Source: an uncultured delta proteobacterium (GTDB lineage: Bacteria; Myxococcota_A; Polyangia; Polyangiales; B10-G4). Taken from it: a stretch of DNA of 64,000 nt. Where the stretch lies: assembly GCA_963727445.1 (NCBI GenBank), contig CAVSGI010000012.1:96001-160000 (forward strand), in the 5' to 3' direction. Under the pieces are notes generated by a model that saw only the letters and a program-made list of their open reading frames with translations, did no database searches and was not told the DNA's origin. The translations under genes were made by a program, and so were the position numbers. How positions within the stretch are numbered: the first letter of the stretch is position 1; each line of letters opens with the position of its first letter. Of this stretch, positions 50,471 to 59,751 are shown piece after piece.

Positions 50471-50821
50471 GTGTCTCTGTCGTTCCTCCGCGAAGACCTG
50501 GACTCGCTCGCCGCGTTCCTCGGCGCCGCCACGGCTCCGACGGAGAGCGAGTGGCACATCACGCACAACGTATTCCTGCCGACCGAAGCCGCGCGCGACG
50601 CCGTGGAGCGGGCGGTCGAGCCGCTCGGCCTCTTCGTGAGCTACCGCGATGAGATCGACGACGACGTTCGCCCGTTCTGGCTCGACCTGATGGAACGGGT
50701 TCCGCCGAGCGTGACGGACGTCGAGTCGTGCATTCAGCGGGTACTCGATACGCTCGCGAAGCATGACGGCGAATACAACTCGTTCACGATTATCGGGAGT
50801 CGCGGCGAGAGCTTTCCGTAG
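50471..50821 (+). CDS. RraB-like small acidic protein
   Basis: ITHNVFLP.. and LAKHDGEYNSF resemble the RraB fold pattern. Confidence 0.5.
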   Translation: MSLSFLREDLDSLAAFLGAATAPTESEWHITHNVFLPTEAARDAVERAVEPLGLFVSYRDEIDDDVRPFWLDLMERVPPSVTDVESCIQRVLDTLAKHDGEYNSFTIIGSRGESFP

Positions 50822-51102
50822 CGAGTCGTCGGCCGGCAGGTCCCGGTTCGCCCGCGTCAGATCGCGGTCATGCTGTCGCAGATCGCGAGGGCGCAGGTGA
50901 TGCCCTCCTCGTTCTCAGTTCTCGCGGACCGAGGCGATCGAGAGTGTCGCGCCCGGATCGAGCCGTACGATGGCCGGGCGGCAAATCATGGGTGGGATTC
51001 TATCGAGCCACGGCAGGTGAGCCCAGGCGGTGGCGGTCGCCGCCGTTATCGAGCGCCCACCCACCCTTGACCCACGCCCCCGCGCCCAGCCAGGCTACCC
51101 CC

Positions 51103-54100
51103 GTGCCCCCTGCCCCACCGGATACGTACGTCATCGAGGGTCGTGTCGTGACCATGGGCGCCGCCGGCGTCCTCGACGACGGCGCGGTGTACGTGCGGGG
51201 CAATCGCATCGAGGCGGTGGCTTCCGCGGGCGATGCCCCGCCTGCCGGATTCGACGACGTGCTGCGCATCCGGACGGGCGACACGATCTATCCCGGGCTG
51301 ATCGAGCTTCACAACCACCTGTCCTACAACGTGCTTCCCCTGTGGGACGTGCCTCAACGCTTCTCGAACCACGAGCAGTGGAAGCGGCACCCCGAATACC
51401 GCACCAAGGTGACGAAGCCGGCGCAGGTGCTCGGTCAGACCGAAGGGGTGGCGGAAGCCCTGGTTCGCTACGTGGAATGTCGGGCGCTCATCGGCGGCGT
51501 GACGGCGTCGCAGGGGGTCACGCTCTACGGGGCGGGCAAGGTCCGGTCGTACTACCGCGGGCTCGTGCGCAACGTGGAGCAGCCACTCACGCCCGGGCTG
51601 CCGGCGGCTGCCACGCGCATCGCCGACCCAGCACCCGGGAAGGCGGCGGAGTACCTCGCGAACCTCCAGCAGAAGACCTGTCTCCTGCAGCACCTCGCGG
51701 AGGGCGTCGACGACCGCGCGCAGAGCTTCTTCCACCGGCTTCGGGAGGACAACGGCGACTGGGCGCTCACCGACGCGTTCTGCGGGATCCACTCGACCGC
51801 GCTCGACGACAACGACTTCCGCATCCTGGCGGAGCACGGCGGCTCCGTCGTGTGGTCGCCGCTGTCGAACTACCTCCTCTACGGCAAGACGACCGACGTC
51901 GCCGCCGTCCACCGCGAGGGCATCACCATCGGGCTCGGCTGCGACTGGGGGCCGAGCGGGAGCAAGAACCTCCTCGGCGAGCTGAAGGTCGCCCTCCTCG
52001 CGAGCCGCGACCAGGGCGACGTCTTCACGCCGGAAGAGCTGGTGCAGATGGTGACCATCAACCCGGCGCGCATCGTGCGCTGGGAGCACGATCTGGGCTC
52101 CATCGAAGCCGGCAAGCTCGCGGATCTCGTCGTCGTGAACGGCATGGATGGAGATCCGTACCAGCACCTGGTCGAGGCGCGGGAGACGTCGGTGACGCTC
52201 GTCGTCGTGGACGGGGTGCCGCGCATCGGCCAGCCGCACCTCATGGAGCCCTTCGGACACGGCAGTGAAGAGCTCGACATCGGGCGCTCCAAGCGCGTGC
52301 TGGCCCTCGAACAAGAGGACGCGCATCCGTTGGTGGCGGGGCTGGGGCTGAACGAGGCGCTCGACCGTCTGCGCGACGCGATGGCGCGGCTGCCGGAGCT
52401 CGCGGCGGACATCGACGCGGGTACGGGCCTGGCCTCGGGGAGCGCGGCCGGCGGCGCAGGCGGGCCTGCCTACCGCATCGCTTTCGACTTCGAGGAAGAG
52501 GACGCGGCGATCGAGCAGGAGCTCGGCCTCGGTGCGGCATCCTACGCCGACTACGTCGAGGAGCCGATGGAGCTCGTCGGCCTCACAGTCGCGGACGATC
52601 CCGGCTTCCTCGAGGCGATCGTCGCCGCGCGCAACGTCCCCGAGCACGTCAAGAAGGACCTGCCGCCGCTCTTCGGCGTCGAGCTCGACCTCTTGCCCGC
52701 CCACGCCGACTTCCTTCGCGATCCCCCCGCGCCGGTCTCGACCCGCCTCCGCGAGACGACGCGTGACCTCGCGACGTTCCTGCGCACCTCCGGCGAGCTC
52801 GGCGTCGGTGAGCTGCGCTGCATCATCGACCAGGCGCGCCTCGTGCTGCAGGAGAACTACGTACACCTCCCGCTGAAGCGGAGCATGTACGCCGTCGATC
52901 CCGTGCAACAGCTGCGGCTTCTTCGGCACCGTCTCGACGATCTCGGCGACGACGAGCTGCCGCCCGAGATCGAGCTCCACCGCGAGATCGCCGAGGTCTT
53001 TCACTCGCTCCGCGATCTGCACACCAGCTACCGGTTGCCGATCCCGTTTCGGGGCAAGGTCGCCTGGCTCCCGTACATCATCGAAGAGGCCTGGGAGCGC
53101 GGCGAGCGGCTGTTCCTGGTGACCAAGGTGGTCGGCGATGCAGGTCCGGAGACCTTCGTGCCCGGCGTCCTGGTCACCCATTGGAATGGAACGCCGATCG
53201 CGCGCGCCGTGGCGCTGCACGCCGATCGCCAACCGGGCGGCAACCCGGCGGCGCGCGCAGCGCGCGGCGTCGACGCGCTGACCATCCGGCCTCTCGTACG
53301 AGGCATGCCGCCCGACGAGGAGTGGGTGGTCCTGAGGTACCTGGACGAGGACGGAGAGCCGCACGAATATCGTCAGCGATGGCTGCTCTTCGAGCCCGGC
53401 CGCGGTCCTCACGACATCGATCCCGAACGACTCACGCTTCCCTCCTTCGGTCTGGGCCTCGACGCGCACGGTGACGACGTTCAACAGGCGAAGAAGCAGC
53501 TCTTCGCCGGGGTGCTCGCCGAGCGCGAAGCCGCGGCGGCAGAGGACGTCGCGGCCGCGCCCATCGAGGTTCCAGGCGACATCCCCACGCATCTGCCGAC
53601 CATCTTTCGCGCGCGAAAGGTGGAGACGGAAAGCGGCACCTTCGGATATGTCCGCATCTTCACGTTCGGCGCCGCCGACGCAACGGTGCTCATCGACGAG
53701 CTCTCGCGCCTGCTCTCGCTCCTGCCGCGCGAGGGGCTCATCCTGGACATTCGAGCGAACCCGGGCGGTCTGATCGCCGGTGCGGAGGGGCTGCTCCAGC
53801 TGCTGACGCCGAAGACGATCGAGCCGCAGCGGGCACAGTTCATCAACAGCCCGCTCAACCTGCGGATCTGCCGCGCGAACGATCCGTCGCCGGCCGTCGA
53901 GAATCTCGACCTGGGTGCGTGGGTCCCCTCGATGACCCAGGCCGCGCGCACCGGCGCGACTTACTCTCTCGGATATCCGATCAGCGCTCCCGAAGCGGTC
54001 AACCGCGTCGGCCAGCGCTACGACGGCCCGGTCGTGCTCGTCGTCGACGCCCTCTGCTACAGCGCAGCGGACATGTTCGCGGCCGGCTTCCAGGATCACG

Positions 54101-54675
54101 GCATCGGCAAGATCATCGGCATCGCGTCCTCCACGGGCGCGGGCGGCGCGAACGTGTGGTCGCACCAGGTCTTGCGCATCCTCGCCGAGGCAGATGAAGA
54201 AGCCGGCGCGCGCTATCGGCCGCTACCGCACGGGAGCGATCTGCGGGTGGCCATTCGCCGCACGGTCCGCGTCGGCCCGAACGCGGGCGACATCGTGGAG
54301 GACATCGGCGTCGTGCCAGATGCGATCCACCGCATGACCCGCCGGGACGTGCTCGACGGCAACCTCGACCTCGTCGATGCGGCGGCCGCGATCCTCGCCG
54401 AGGAGCGCCCCCACGCGATGGACGTGGACGTCGCGCCCGACGGCGATGGCCGTCCGTCCCGCCTCACGGTTCGCACCTCTCACGTCACACGCCTCGACGT
54501 CGTGGCCGACGGCCGCCCGCTTCGTTCCCTCGACATCCACGACGGCGAGACCCACGTGGACATCGGCGGGCTCACCGAGGACTGGGAGAGCGCGCCCCGT
54601 CGCGTCGAGCTCTTCGCCTACGAGAACGACGAGCTCGTGATCCGGCGGCGCTATCCCGACGCGCCACAGGCGTAG
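51103..54675 (+). CDS. Amidohydrolase (deaminase-like) - S41 peptidase fusion
   Basis: PGLIELHNH, HLAEG, IHS, LGCDW, GSIEAGKLADLVV; then YVHLPLK, LRDLHTSY, GYVRI, LDIRANPGG, CYSAADMF, TGAGG. Start uncertain (GTG 51103 follows TTGACC-N18-CAGGCT). Confidence 0.88.
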   Translation: MPPAPPDTYVIEGRVVTMGAAGVLDDGAVYVRGNRIEAVASAGDAPPAGFDDVLRIRTGDTIYPGLIELHNHLSYNVLPLWDVPQRFSNHEQWKRHPEYRTKVTKPAQVLGQTEGVAEALVRYVECRALIGGVTASQGVTLYGAGKVRSYYRGLVRNVEQPLTPGLPAAATRIADPAPGKAAEYLANLQQKTCLLQHLAEGVDDRAQSFFHRLREDNGDWALTDAFCGIHSTALDDNDFRILAEHGGSVVWSPLSNYLLYGKTTDVAAVHREGITIGLGCDWGPSGSKNLLGELKVALLASRDQGDVFTPEELVQMVTINPARIVRWEHDLGSIEAGKLADLVVVNGMDGDPYQHLVEARETSVTLVVVDGVPRIGQPHLMEPFGHGSEELDIGRSKRVLALEQEDAHPLVAGLGLNEALDRLRDAMARLPELAADIDAGTGLASGSAAGGAGGPAYRIAFDFEEEDAAIEQELGLGAASYADYVEEPMELVGLTVADDPGFLEAIVAARNVPEHVKKDLPPLFGVELDLLPAHADFLRDPPAPVSTRLRETTRDLATFLRTSGELGVGELRCIIDQARLVLQENYVHLPLKRSMYAVDPVQQLRLLRHRLDDLGDDELPPEIELHREIAEVFHSLRDLHTSYRLPIPFRGKVAWLPYIIEEAWERGERLFLVTKVVGDAGPETFVPGVLVTHWNGTPIARAVALHADRQPGGNPAARAARGVDALTIRPLVRGMPPDEEWVVLRYLDEDGEPHEYRQRWLLFEPGRGPHDIDPERLTLPSFGLGLDAHGDDVQQAKKQLFAGVLAEREAAAAEDVAAAPIEVPGDIPTHLPTIFRARKVETESGTFGYVRIFTFGAADATVLIDELSRLLSLLPREGLILDIRANPGGLIAGAEGLLQLLTPKTIEPQRAQFINSPLNLRICRANDPSPAVENLDLGAWVPSMTQAARTGATYSLGYPISAPEAVNRVGQRYDGPVVLVVDALCYSAADMFAAGFQDHGIGKIIGIASSTGAGGANVWSHQVLRILAEADEEAGARYRPLPHGSDLRVAIRRTVRVGPNAGDIVEDIGVVPDAIHRMTRRDVLDGNLDLVDAAAAILAEERPHAMDVDVAPDGDGRPSRLTVRTSHVTRLDVVADGRPLRSLDIHDGETHVDIGGLTEDWESAPRRVELFAYENDELVIRRRYPDAPQA

Positions 54676-54687
54676 CGCCCCTCGCGA

Positions 54688-55659
54688 TCAGTGGTGCGGG
54701 GTCGCGCGCCCGCCGGCGCGGATGGCGTAGCCGAAGAAGTCGCGGATCTCGTCCAGGACCTGTGCGTTCGTGTTCGCTTTCGGAGGCATCCTGCCGCGGT
54801 GGTCCGGTGCGATCCAGGTCGGGTGGGTCAGCTCGGTCGCCGAAAGGCCTTCCAACTCTTCACGAGCGTCTGCGAAGACTGCGCGCGCCATACGCGTGCA
54901 GAGAAACGACGTGATCGATTTGGACCGACTGGGCCGGCGATGGGGGTCCTGCGGAACGAAGAAGGGCTCGCTGTCGAGCGATTGCATGAACTCCACGTGC
55001 TGCTGATCGAGGCGCCCCGAGTACTCGAATCCGATCTCGGGGCCCGAAATTGGCCGCGGTCCCTGTAGCGCGGTGTGCTTGGTCAGGTTGCGCAGGATGT
55101 TCCCCACCGTGAACTGGCCGGGGTCGGTCTGCAGGTAGACGACCTGGCGCACCTTCGCCAGCGACATCACGCCGGCGCACTGCGCGCAGGACTCGAGAGA
55201 AGTGTAGATGGTGGTGTCTTCGAACGTGGTGTAGTTCGACGGAGGCGCGGAGCTCACGTTCCACGCCTTGTTCACCTGTCCGAGCGAGTAAACGCGGCGA
55301 ACGAGGCGCGCCTCCGCGTGCTCCGCCGAGCTCCGATAGACCGTGTTGTGGTTGAACTCGAAGTCGATGATGCGGCCGTCACCATCGACCGCGAGCGCCG
55401 CGATGTTGTGCCCGAGGTAGTCGCTGGCGAGGAAGGGCCCGTCCTCGGCGTCGGTGGGGTCGTTGTGCGGGTACTCGCCGTCCCGGCCGTACTTGTTGCC
55501 GCAGAAGTAATGATGGAGGAGTGCGAACGTGAGCAGGCCGAAGAGACGGTGGCGCTCCTTGGTCCCGTCCGCGAGCGGCGGCTCGTCGAGGGCAACGAGG
55601 TCCTTCACCGGACCATCCCAGTACAGCTTCAATCGCGGATTTCTCGGCTCGTCGGGCAT
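54688..55659 (-). CDS. Zinc-dependent cytidine/CMP-deaminase-fold protein
   Basis: EHAEARL and IYTSLESCAQC, VVYLQTDPG. Confidence 0.85.
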   Translation of the reverse strand: MPDEPRNPRLKLYWDGPVKDLVALDEPPLADGTKERHRLFGLLTFALLHHYFCGNKYGRDGEYPHNDPTDAEDGPFLASDYLGHNIAALAVDGDGRIIDFEFNHNTVYRSSAEHAEARLVRRVYSLGQVNKAWNVSSAPPSNYTTFEDTTIYTSLESCAQCAGVMSLAKVRQVVYLQTDPGQFTVGNILRNLTKHTALQGPRPISGPEIGFEYSGRLDQQHVEFMQSLDSEPFFVPQDPHRRPSRSKSITSFLCTRMARAVFADAREELEGLSATELTHPTWIAPDHRGRMPPKANTNAQVLDEIRDFFGYAIRAGGRATPHH

Positions 55660-55664
55660 GGGCG

Positions 55665-58430
55665 TCAGCGTACTGCTCCTGGCAATTCGCGGACAAGATC
55701 GTATTCGTCGTCCGTCACCCGCACGAACTCGCCGTACTCTTCGCTGCTGATCGCGCCGGGGCGCTCGTGCGCGTGCTCGTACGCGCGGCGCAGCCCCGCC
55801 CGGAGCTTCTCCCGAGCCTCCGCGCCGATGGAGGGATGCGCGGCGACCGCTACCGGGGGAAGCGGCGGGGACTCGAGCACGACTTCGAGATCATCCGTCG
55901 GGAGCGCCTGCCGAGGGGCGTCGGCGAACTGCATGCTCGAGACGGCGCCCGCGTCGCAGGTGCCTGCGAGCACGCGCCGCAGGATCTCGGAGTGATCACC
56001 GACGAACTCCCGTTCGATGTCCAGCTCGTCGAGCCCATGCTCCCGGAGCATCGCCAGCGGGACGCGAAAACCGCTGGTCGATCGAGGATCGACGAAGCAC
56101 ACGCGCTTGCCTCGCAGGCCCTCGGGCCCATCGATCGCCTCCTCTCGACGCGCGACGACGAGCGAGCGATAGGCGTGCCCTCGTGCGAAGCCGACGCCCC
56201 CGATGAGCTCGATGTCGGGGAGCTGGCGCTTGGCCTCGACGTAACTGGAGGGCGGCAGGAACGCCAGTTGGTAGCGACCCGACACGATGCCGTCCACGGC
56301 GTCCTCGTAGCTCTCAGCGACGATCGGGCGCACGGGAGAGCCGAGCGTCTCCGAGAGGTCGTCCGCGATGGGTGTGTAGACCTGCGCGAAGAGCGCGCGA
56401 TTTCCAGGAACGACGGCCATTCGCACCTCGGACGGCGCGGCGGGGCTCGCCGAGACGATCGCCACGGTCGCCACCGCTGCCACCCCGAGGAGGATGGCTG
56501 CGGGCATCAAGCGGCGGAGGGGCGAGGCAGTGGACGACGGCGGAAGCTCCGAGCGCGTGGGGACGAGCGCGCCGCGAAGCGCTGCAGCGAACTCACCGAC
56601 GGAGGGGTAGCGGTCGCCGGGGCTGTCGGCCAGCGCGCGCCTCAAGACCTGGATCGTTTCGGGCGAGAGCTCGCCGTCCACGCGCGCCAGCCCTTCATCG
56701 GCCGGATAGGTGAGGAGCGCCTGCACCGATCTGCCCTGGCGGAGCGGCTGCCCGGTCAACAGCTCATAGGCGCTTGCCGCGAGCGCGTACTGATCGGCTG
56801 CAGGCGTGGGCGTTCTACCGAGTGCCTGCTCCGGCGCCATGTAGAGGGGCGTGCCCGCTGCGACGGCACCTTCGATGCGAACCAGCTGCGTCTCGCCGGC
56901 GGCGGTCGCGTCCAGCGAGAGGTCCGGTGCCGCGTTGGCGGTCGCGTCGCTCGCCTCGTCGGTGCGTTGCTGAAGGGCGTGCACCAAGCCGAAATCGAGG
57001 ATCTTCGTTCGCCCGTCTCCGCGCACGACGACGTTGTCCGGCTTGATGTCGCGGTGGACGAGCCCGGCATCGTGGGCAGCGCCGAGCGCGGCGGCGATTT
57101 GGTCGACCAGATCCGCGGTGCGCTGCGGTGAAAGCGGGCCCTCCTGTTGCAGCAGCGAGCCGAGTGACGGCCCGTCCACGTGCTCCATCGCGATGAAGAG
57201 GCGGCCGTCGCTCCGGCCGAGCTGATAGACGGTGACGATGCCTGGGTGGTCGAGGGCGCTGGCGGCCCGCGCCTCGCGGATGAGTCGCTTCTCGGCGCTG
57301 TCGTCGAGTCGGCCCTCCGCCATGACCTTCACGGCGACCTCGCGCTCGAGCATCGAGTCGAAGGCCAGCCACACCTCGCCCATGCCGCCTCGGCCGATCA
57401 AGCGGCGCAGCTCGAAGGAGCCGAAGCTCGGCCGCTCGTCAGCGGCTCCAGTCGCCGGAACCGAAGCTGCGACCGGAGAGCTCGGGGCGGGGGCGACGTC
57501 GACCGTGGGTGTCGAGTCGGGGTCGATCTCCTCGAGCCGGTAGGCCTCTCCCGCGGGGGTGAGTGCGTGCGGCTCGAGCGCCGCGATGAGAGGCAAGAGC
57601 GTCGGGGTGCGTTCGTCTCGATCGCGCGCGAGCGCGCCTTCGACCGCGTCACACACGTCAGCGGGTAGCTCGGGCATCGCGGCGGCGAGGGGATCCCGCG
57701 CGCCACGAGCGATGGCGTCGAAGACCTGCAGGAAGGTCTCGCCGGAAAACGGCCGGCGCCCCGTGAGGCACTCGTACACGAGCACACCGGCCGCCCACAC
57801 GTCGGCCCGGCGGTCGATGTCCTTGCGGGCGGAGACCTGCTCCGGGGACATGTAGTAGGGCGTCCCGATCACCGAGCCGGTCCGCGTCGCCGGGCTCTGG
57901 CCCATCTCACCCAGGCCGTCCAATACCTTGGCGACACCGAAGTCGAGGAGCTTGGGCTGCACCGATCCGTCGGGCGTGCTCGAGATGAACACGTTTTCGG
58001 GCTTGAGATCGCGGTGCACGATCGAGGCTTCGTGTGCCTGGTGCAGGGCGCGCAGGACCGGTGCAACGATCGCTGCGGTCTCGCCCAGTGCGAGGTGGCC
58101 GCGCGCCGCGATGAGCCGAGCCAGCGAGAAGCCGTGAAGCAGCTCCATCACGGCGACGGGCGATCCATCGGCGTCCTCGACGATGTCGAGCACGTCGATC
58201 ACGTTGGGGTGGCGGAGCCGCGAAGCCGCTCGAACCTCCTGGAGGAAGCGCCGCCGGAAGCGCGGCTCCGCGACGAGCTGAGGGTGGGGGAGCTTCAGCG
58301 CGACGGGGCGCCCGGTCGCGAGGTTGACCGCCTCGTGCACGGTACCCATCGCACCCTCGCCGAGGGGGCGAATGATCCGGTACCGTTCCGCGACGATGCG
58401 CCCCTCGCCCGACATCGTGGCGCGGAGCAT
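55665..58430 (-). CDS. Tandem Ser/Thr kinase domains + TM + PhnD-like phosphate/phosphonate-binding domain
   Basis: Kinase 1: GEGAMG, VALK, HRDLKPEN, DFG, YMSPEQ. Kinase 2: GRGGMG, VAVK, HRDIKPDN, DFG, YMAPEQ. Then TM, YRSLVVAR, FVDPRSTSGF, GDH, DAGA. Start 58430 or 58415. Confidence 0.9.
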   Translation of the reverse strand: MLRATMSGEGRIVAERYRIIRPLGEGAMGTVHEAVNLATGRPVALKLPHPQLVAEPRFRRRFLQEVRAASRLRHPNVIDVLDIVEDADGSPVAVMELLHGFSLARLIAARGHLALGETAAIVAPVLRALHQAHEASIVHRDLKPENVFISSTPDGSVQPKLLDFGVAKVLDGLGEMGQSPATRTGSVIGTPYYMSPEQVSARKDIDRRADVWAAGVLVYECLTGRRPFSGETFLQVFDAIARGARDPLAAAMPELPADVCDAVEGALARDRDERTPTLLPLIAALEPHALTPAGEAYRLEEIDPDSTPTVDVAPAPSSPVAASVPATGAADERPSFGSFELRRLIGRGGMGEVWLAFDSMLEREVAVKVMAEGRLDDSAEKRLIREARAASALDHPGIVTVYQLGRSDGRLFIAMEHVDGPSLGSLLQQEGPLSPQRTADLVDQIAAALGAAHDAGLVHRDIKPDNVVVRGDGRTKILDFGLVHALQQRTDEASDATANAAPDLSLDATAAGETQLVRIEGAVAAGTPLYMAPEQALGRTPTPAADQYALAASAYELLTGQPLRQGRSVQALLTYPADEGLARVDGELSPETIQVLRRALADSPGDRYPSVGEFAAALRGALVPTRSELPPSSTASPLRRLMPAAILLGVAAVATVAIVSASPAAPSEVRMAVVPGNRALFAQVYTPIADDLSETLGSPVRPIVAESYEDAVDGIVSGRYQLAFLPPSSYVEAKRQLPDIELIGGVGFARGHAYRSLVVARREEAIDGPEGLRGKRVCFVDPRSTSGFRVPLAMLREHGLDELDIEREFVGDHSEILRRVLAGTCDAGAVSSMQFADAPRQALPTDDLEVVLESPPLPPVAVAAHPSIGAEAREKLRAGLRRAYEHAHERPGAISSEEYGEFVRVTDDEYDLVRELPGAVR

Positions 58431-58447
58431 ATCACGCGTTCCCGGTC

Positions 58448-59587
58448 TCAAATTCTCAACCAGACCCTCACCGGGCAGTGATCGGAGATGTTGTTTCGCC
58501 AGTCTTCGAGCACGGCGTCGAATCGGGGAAAGCGAAAAGGCACATTCGCCGGCGCGCTGTCGTCGTCGCTTCGAAAGAGCTTCACCTCGGCCGGCAGGAT
58601 GTCGTCGCCGGCCGCGTTGTATCGCGAATACCCCAACCCGCCTCGCTCGATGTGGGGTGTGTAGTCGGTGTTGGACAGGGCCGCGGCGTCCACGGCATCC
58701 CTGAAAGCGCGGGAGCCGAGGATGTAGTCGACCTGACTGACGCGGCGCTCGCCCCGCCAGTAATGGGTCCACGCGTCGTCGTCGGCCCGATGACGGCGCA
58801 CGACGTCCCACAGCCTCGCGGAGCTGTTGGTGAGCGGCGTGAGCCACGGGCTCTGGGGCGTGTCGTTGAAGTCTCCGATGACCGCGTAGAGAGAAGCGTC
58901 GTCGTTCGCGTGAAATCGGCGCCGCACGATCTCGCGAACGGCCTGGGCCTGCGCCTTGCGCGCCTGGTTCGCCTTTTCGAGCTTCTTCGCCAGGTCCCGC
59001 TCGGTGTCACCGTGCTCCCGCTTCACCCACTTCGACTTGAGGTGGTTGAGGAAGAGGGTGATCTCGGTGCTCGAGCCGGTCGATGGTCCGGACGCTGAGG
59101 CCCCCGGAATTCGGAGCGTGACCTCGAGACAGTCACGGCTGAATACGCGGCCCCCATCGGGACCCCGGTCGTCGACGTGGGTCCGCGCGTGCACGATGGG
59201 AAATCGAGAGAGGATCCCCACGTCGATGTTGCGGGGATCGTAGCCATCGATGAGCAGCGCGTGCGTGTAGTGTCCATCCAGATAGTTGGCGTTGAAGACG
59301 CGCAGGGCATGGATGTTCTCCACCTCCTGCAGGCACAGGACGTGGGGAAGCAGGTCGATGGGCTCGCGGAGCGCCTGGGACGCGAGGCGCCGGCGCGTGT
59401 CGTCCCAGACGACGAAAGGCTCATCGCCCGGTCTCGTGTACGAGAGCTGCGGTAGATAGCCCAGTCGCTTTTCGGAGCCGTCGATTCGCGCGAGCGCGTC
59501 GTATTCGCCTCCCGGAAACGCGCGGCGAAAGTCGTACCGGAGAAAGAAGTTGTTCGCGTTGAAGGTGGCGATCGACACGAGAGGCAT
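58448..59587 (-). CDS. Endonuclease/exonuclease/phosphatase (EEP) family protein
   Basis: IATFNANN, LQEVE, FSRDCL, NHLKSK, GDFND, VDYIL, ISDHCPV; no signal peptide. Confidence 0.92.
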   Translation of the reverse strand: MPLVSIATFNANNFFLRYDFRRAFPGGEYDALARIDGSEKRLGYLPQLSYTRPGDEPFVVWDDTRRRLASQALREPIDLLPHVLCLQEVENIHALRVFNANYLDGHYTHALLIDGYDPRNIDVGILSRFPIVHARTHVDDRGPDGGRVFSRDCLEVTLRIPGASASGPSTGSSTEITLFLNHLKSKWVKREHGDTERDLAKKLEKANQARKAQAQAVREIVRRRFHANDDASLYAVIGDFNDTPQSPWLTPLTNSSARLWDVVRRHRADDDAWTHYWRGERRVSQVDYILGSRAFRDAVDAAALSNTDYTPHIERGGLGYSRYNAAGDDILPAEVKLFRSDDDSAPANVPFRFPRFDAVLEDWRNNISDHCPVRVWLRI

Positions 59588-59751
59588 CAGCCGGCTCCCC
59601 GGTCGACCTTTACCCCACGGAGCAGCACGCTGTCATCCTGCCGATCATTCAACGACGAAGCGCCGGTGAGCCCGACGCTCCCCCGATCTTCGACACGAGG
59701 GTCGCGCGAGGAGCTTCGGCTTCATCTCCTCGGAGTTCGGTCCCAGCGAGG

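Noticed and set aside
59645..59725. Small minus-strand ORF MKPKLLAR... upstream of the EEP gene
   Set aside because: GAGGAG abuts the ATG with no spacing, and there is no motif or attenuator structure
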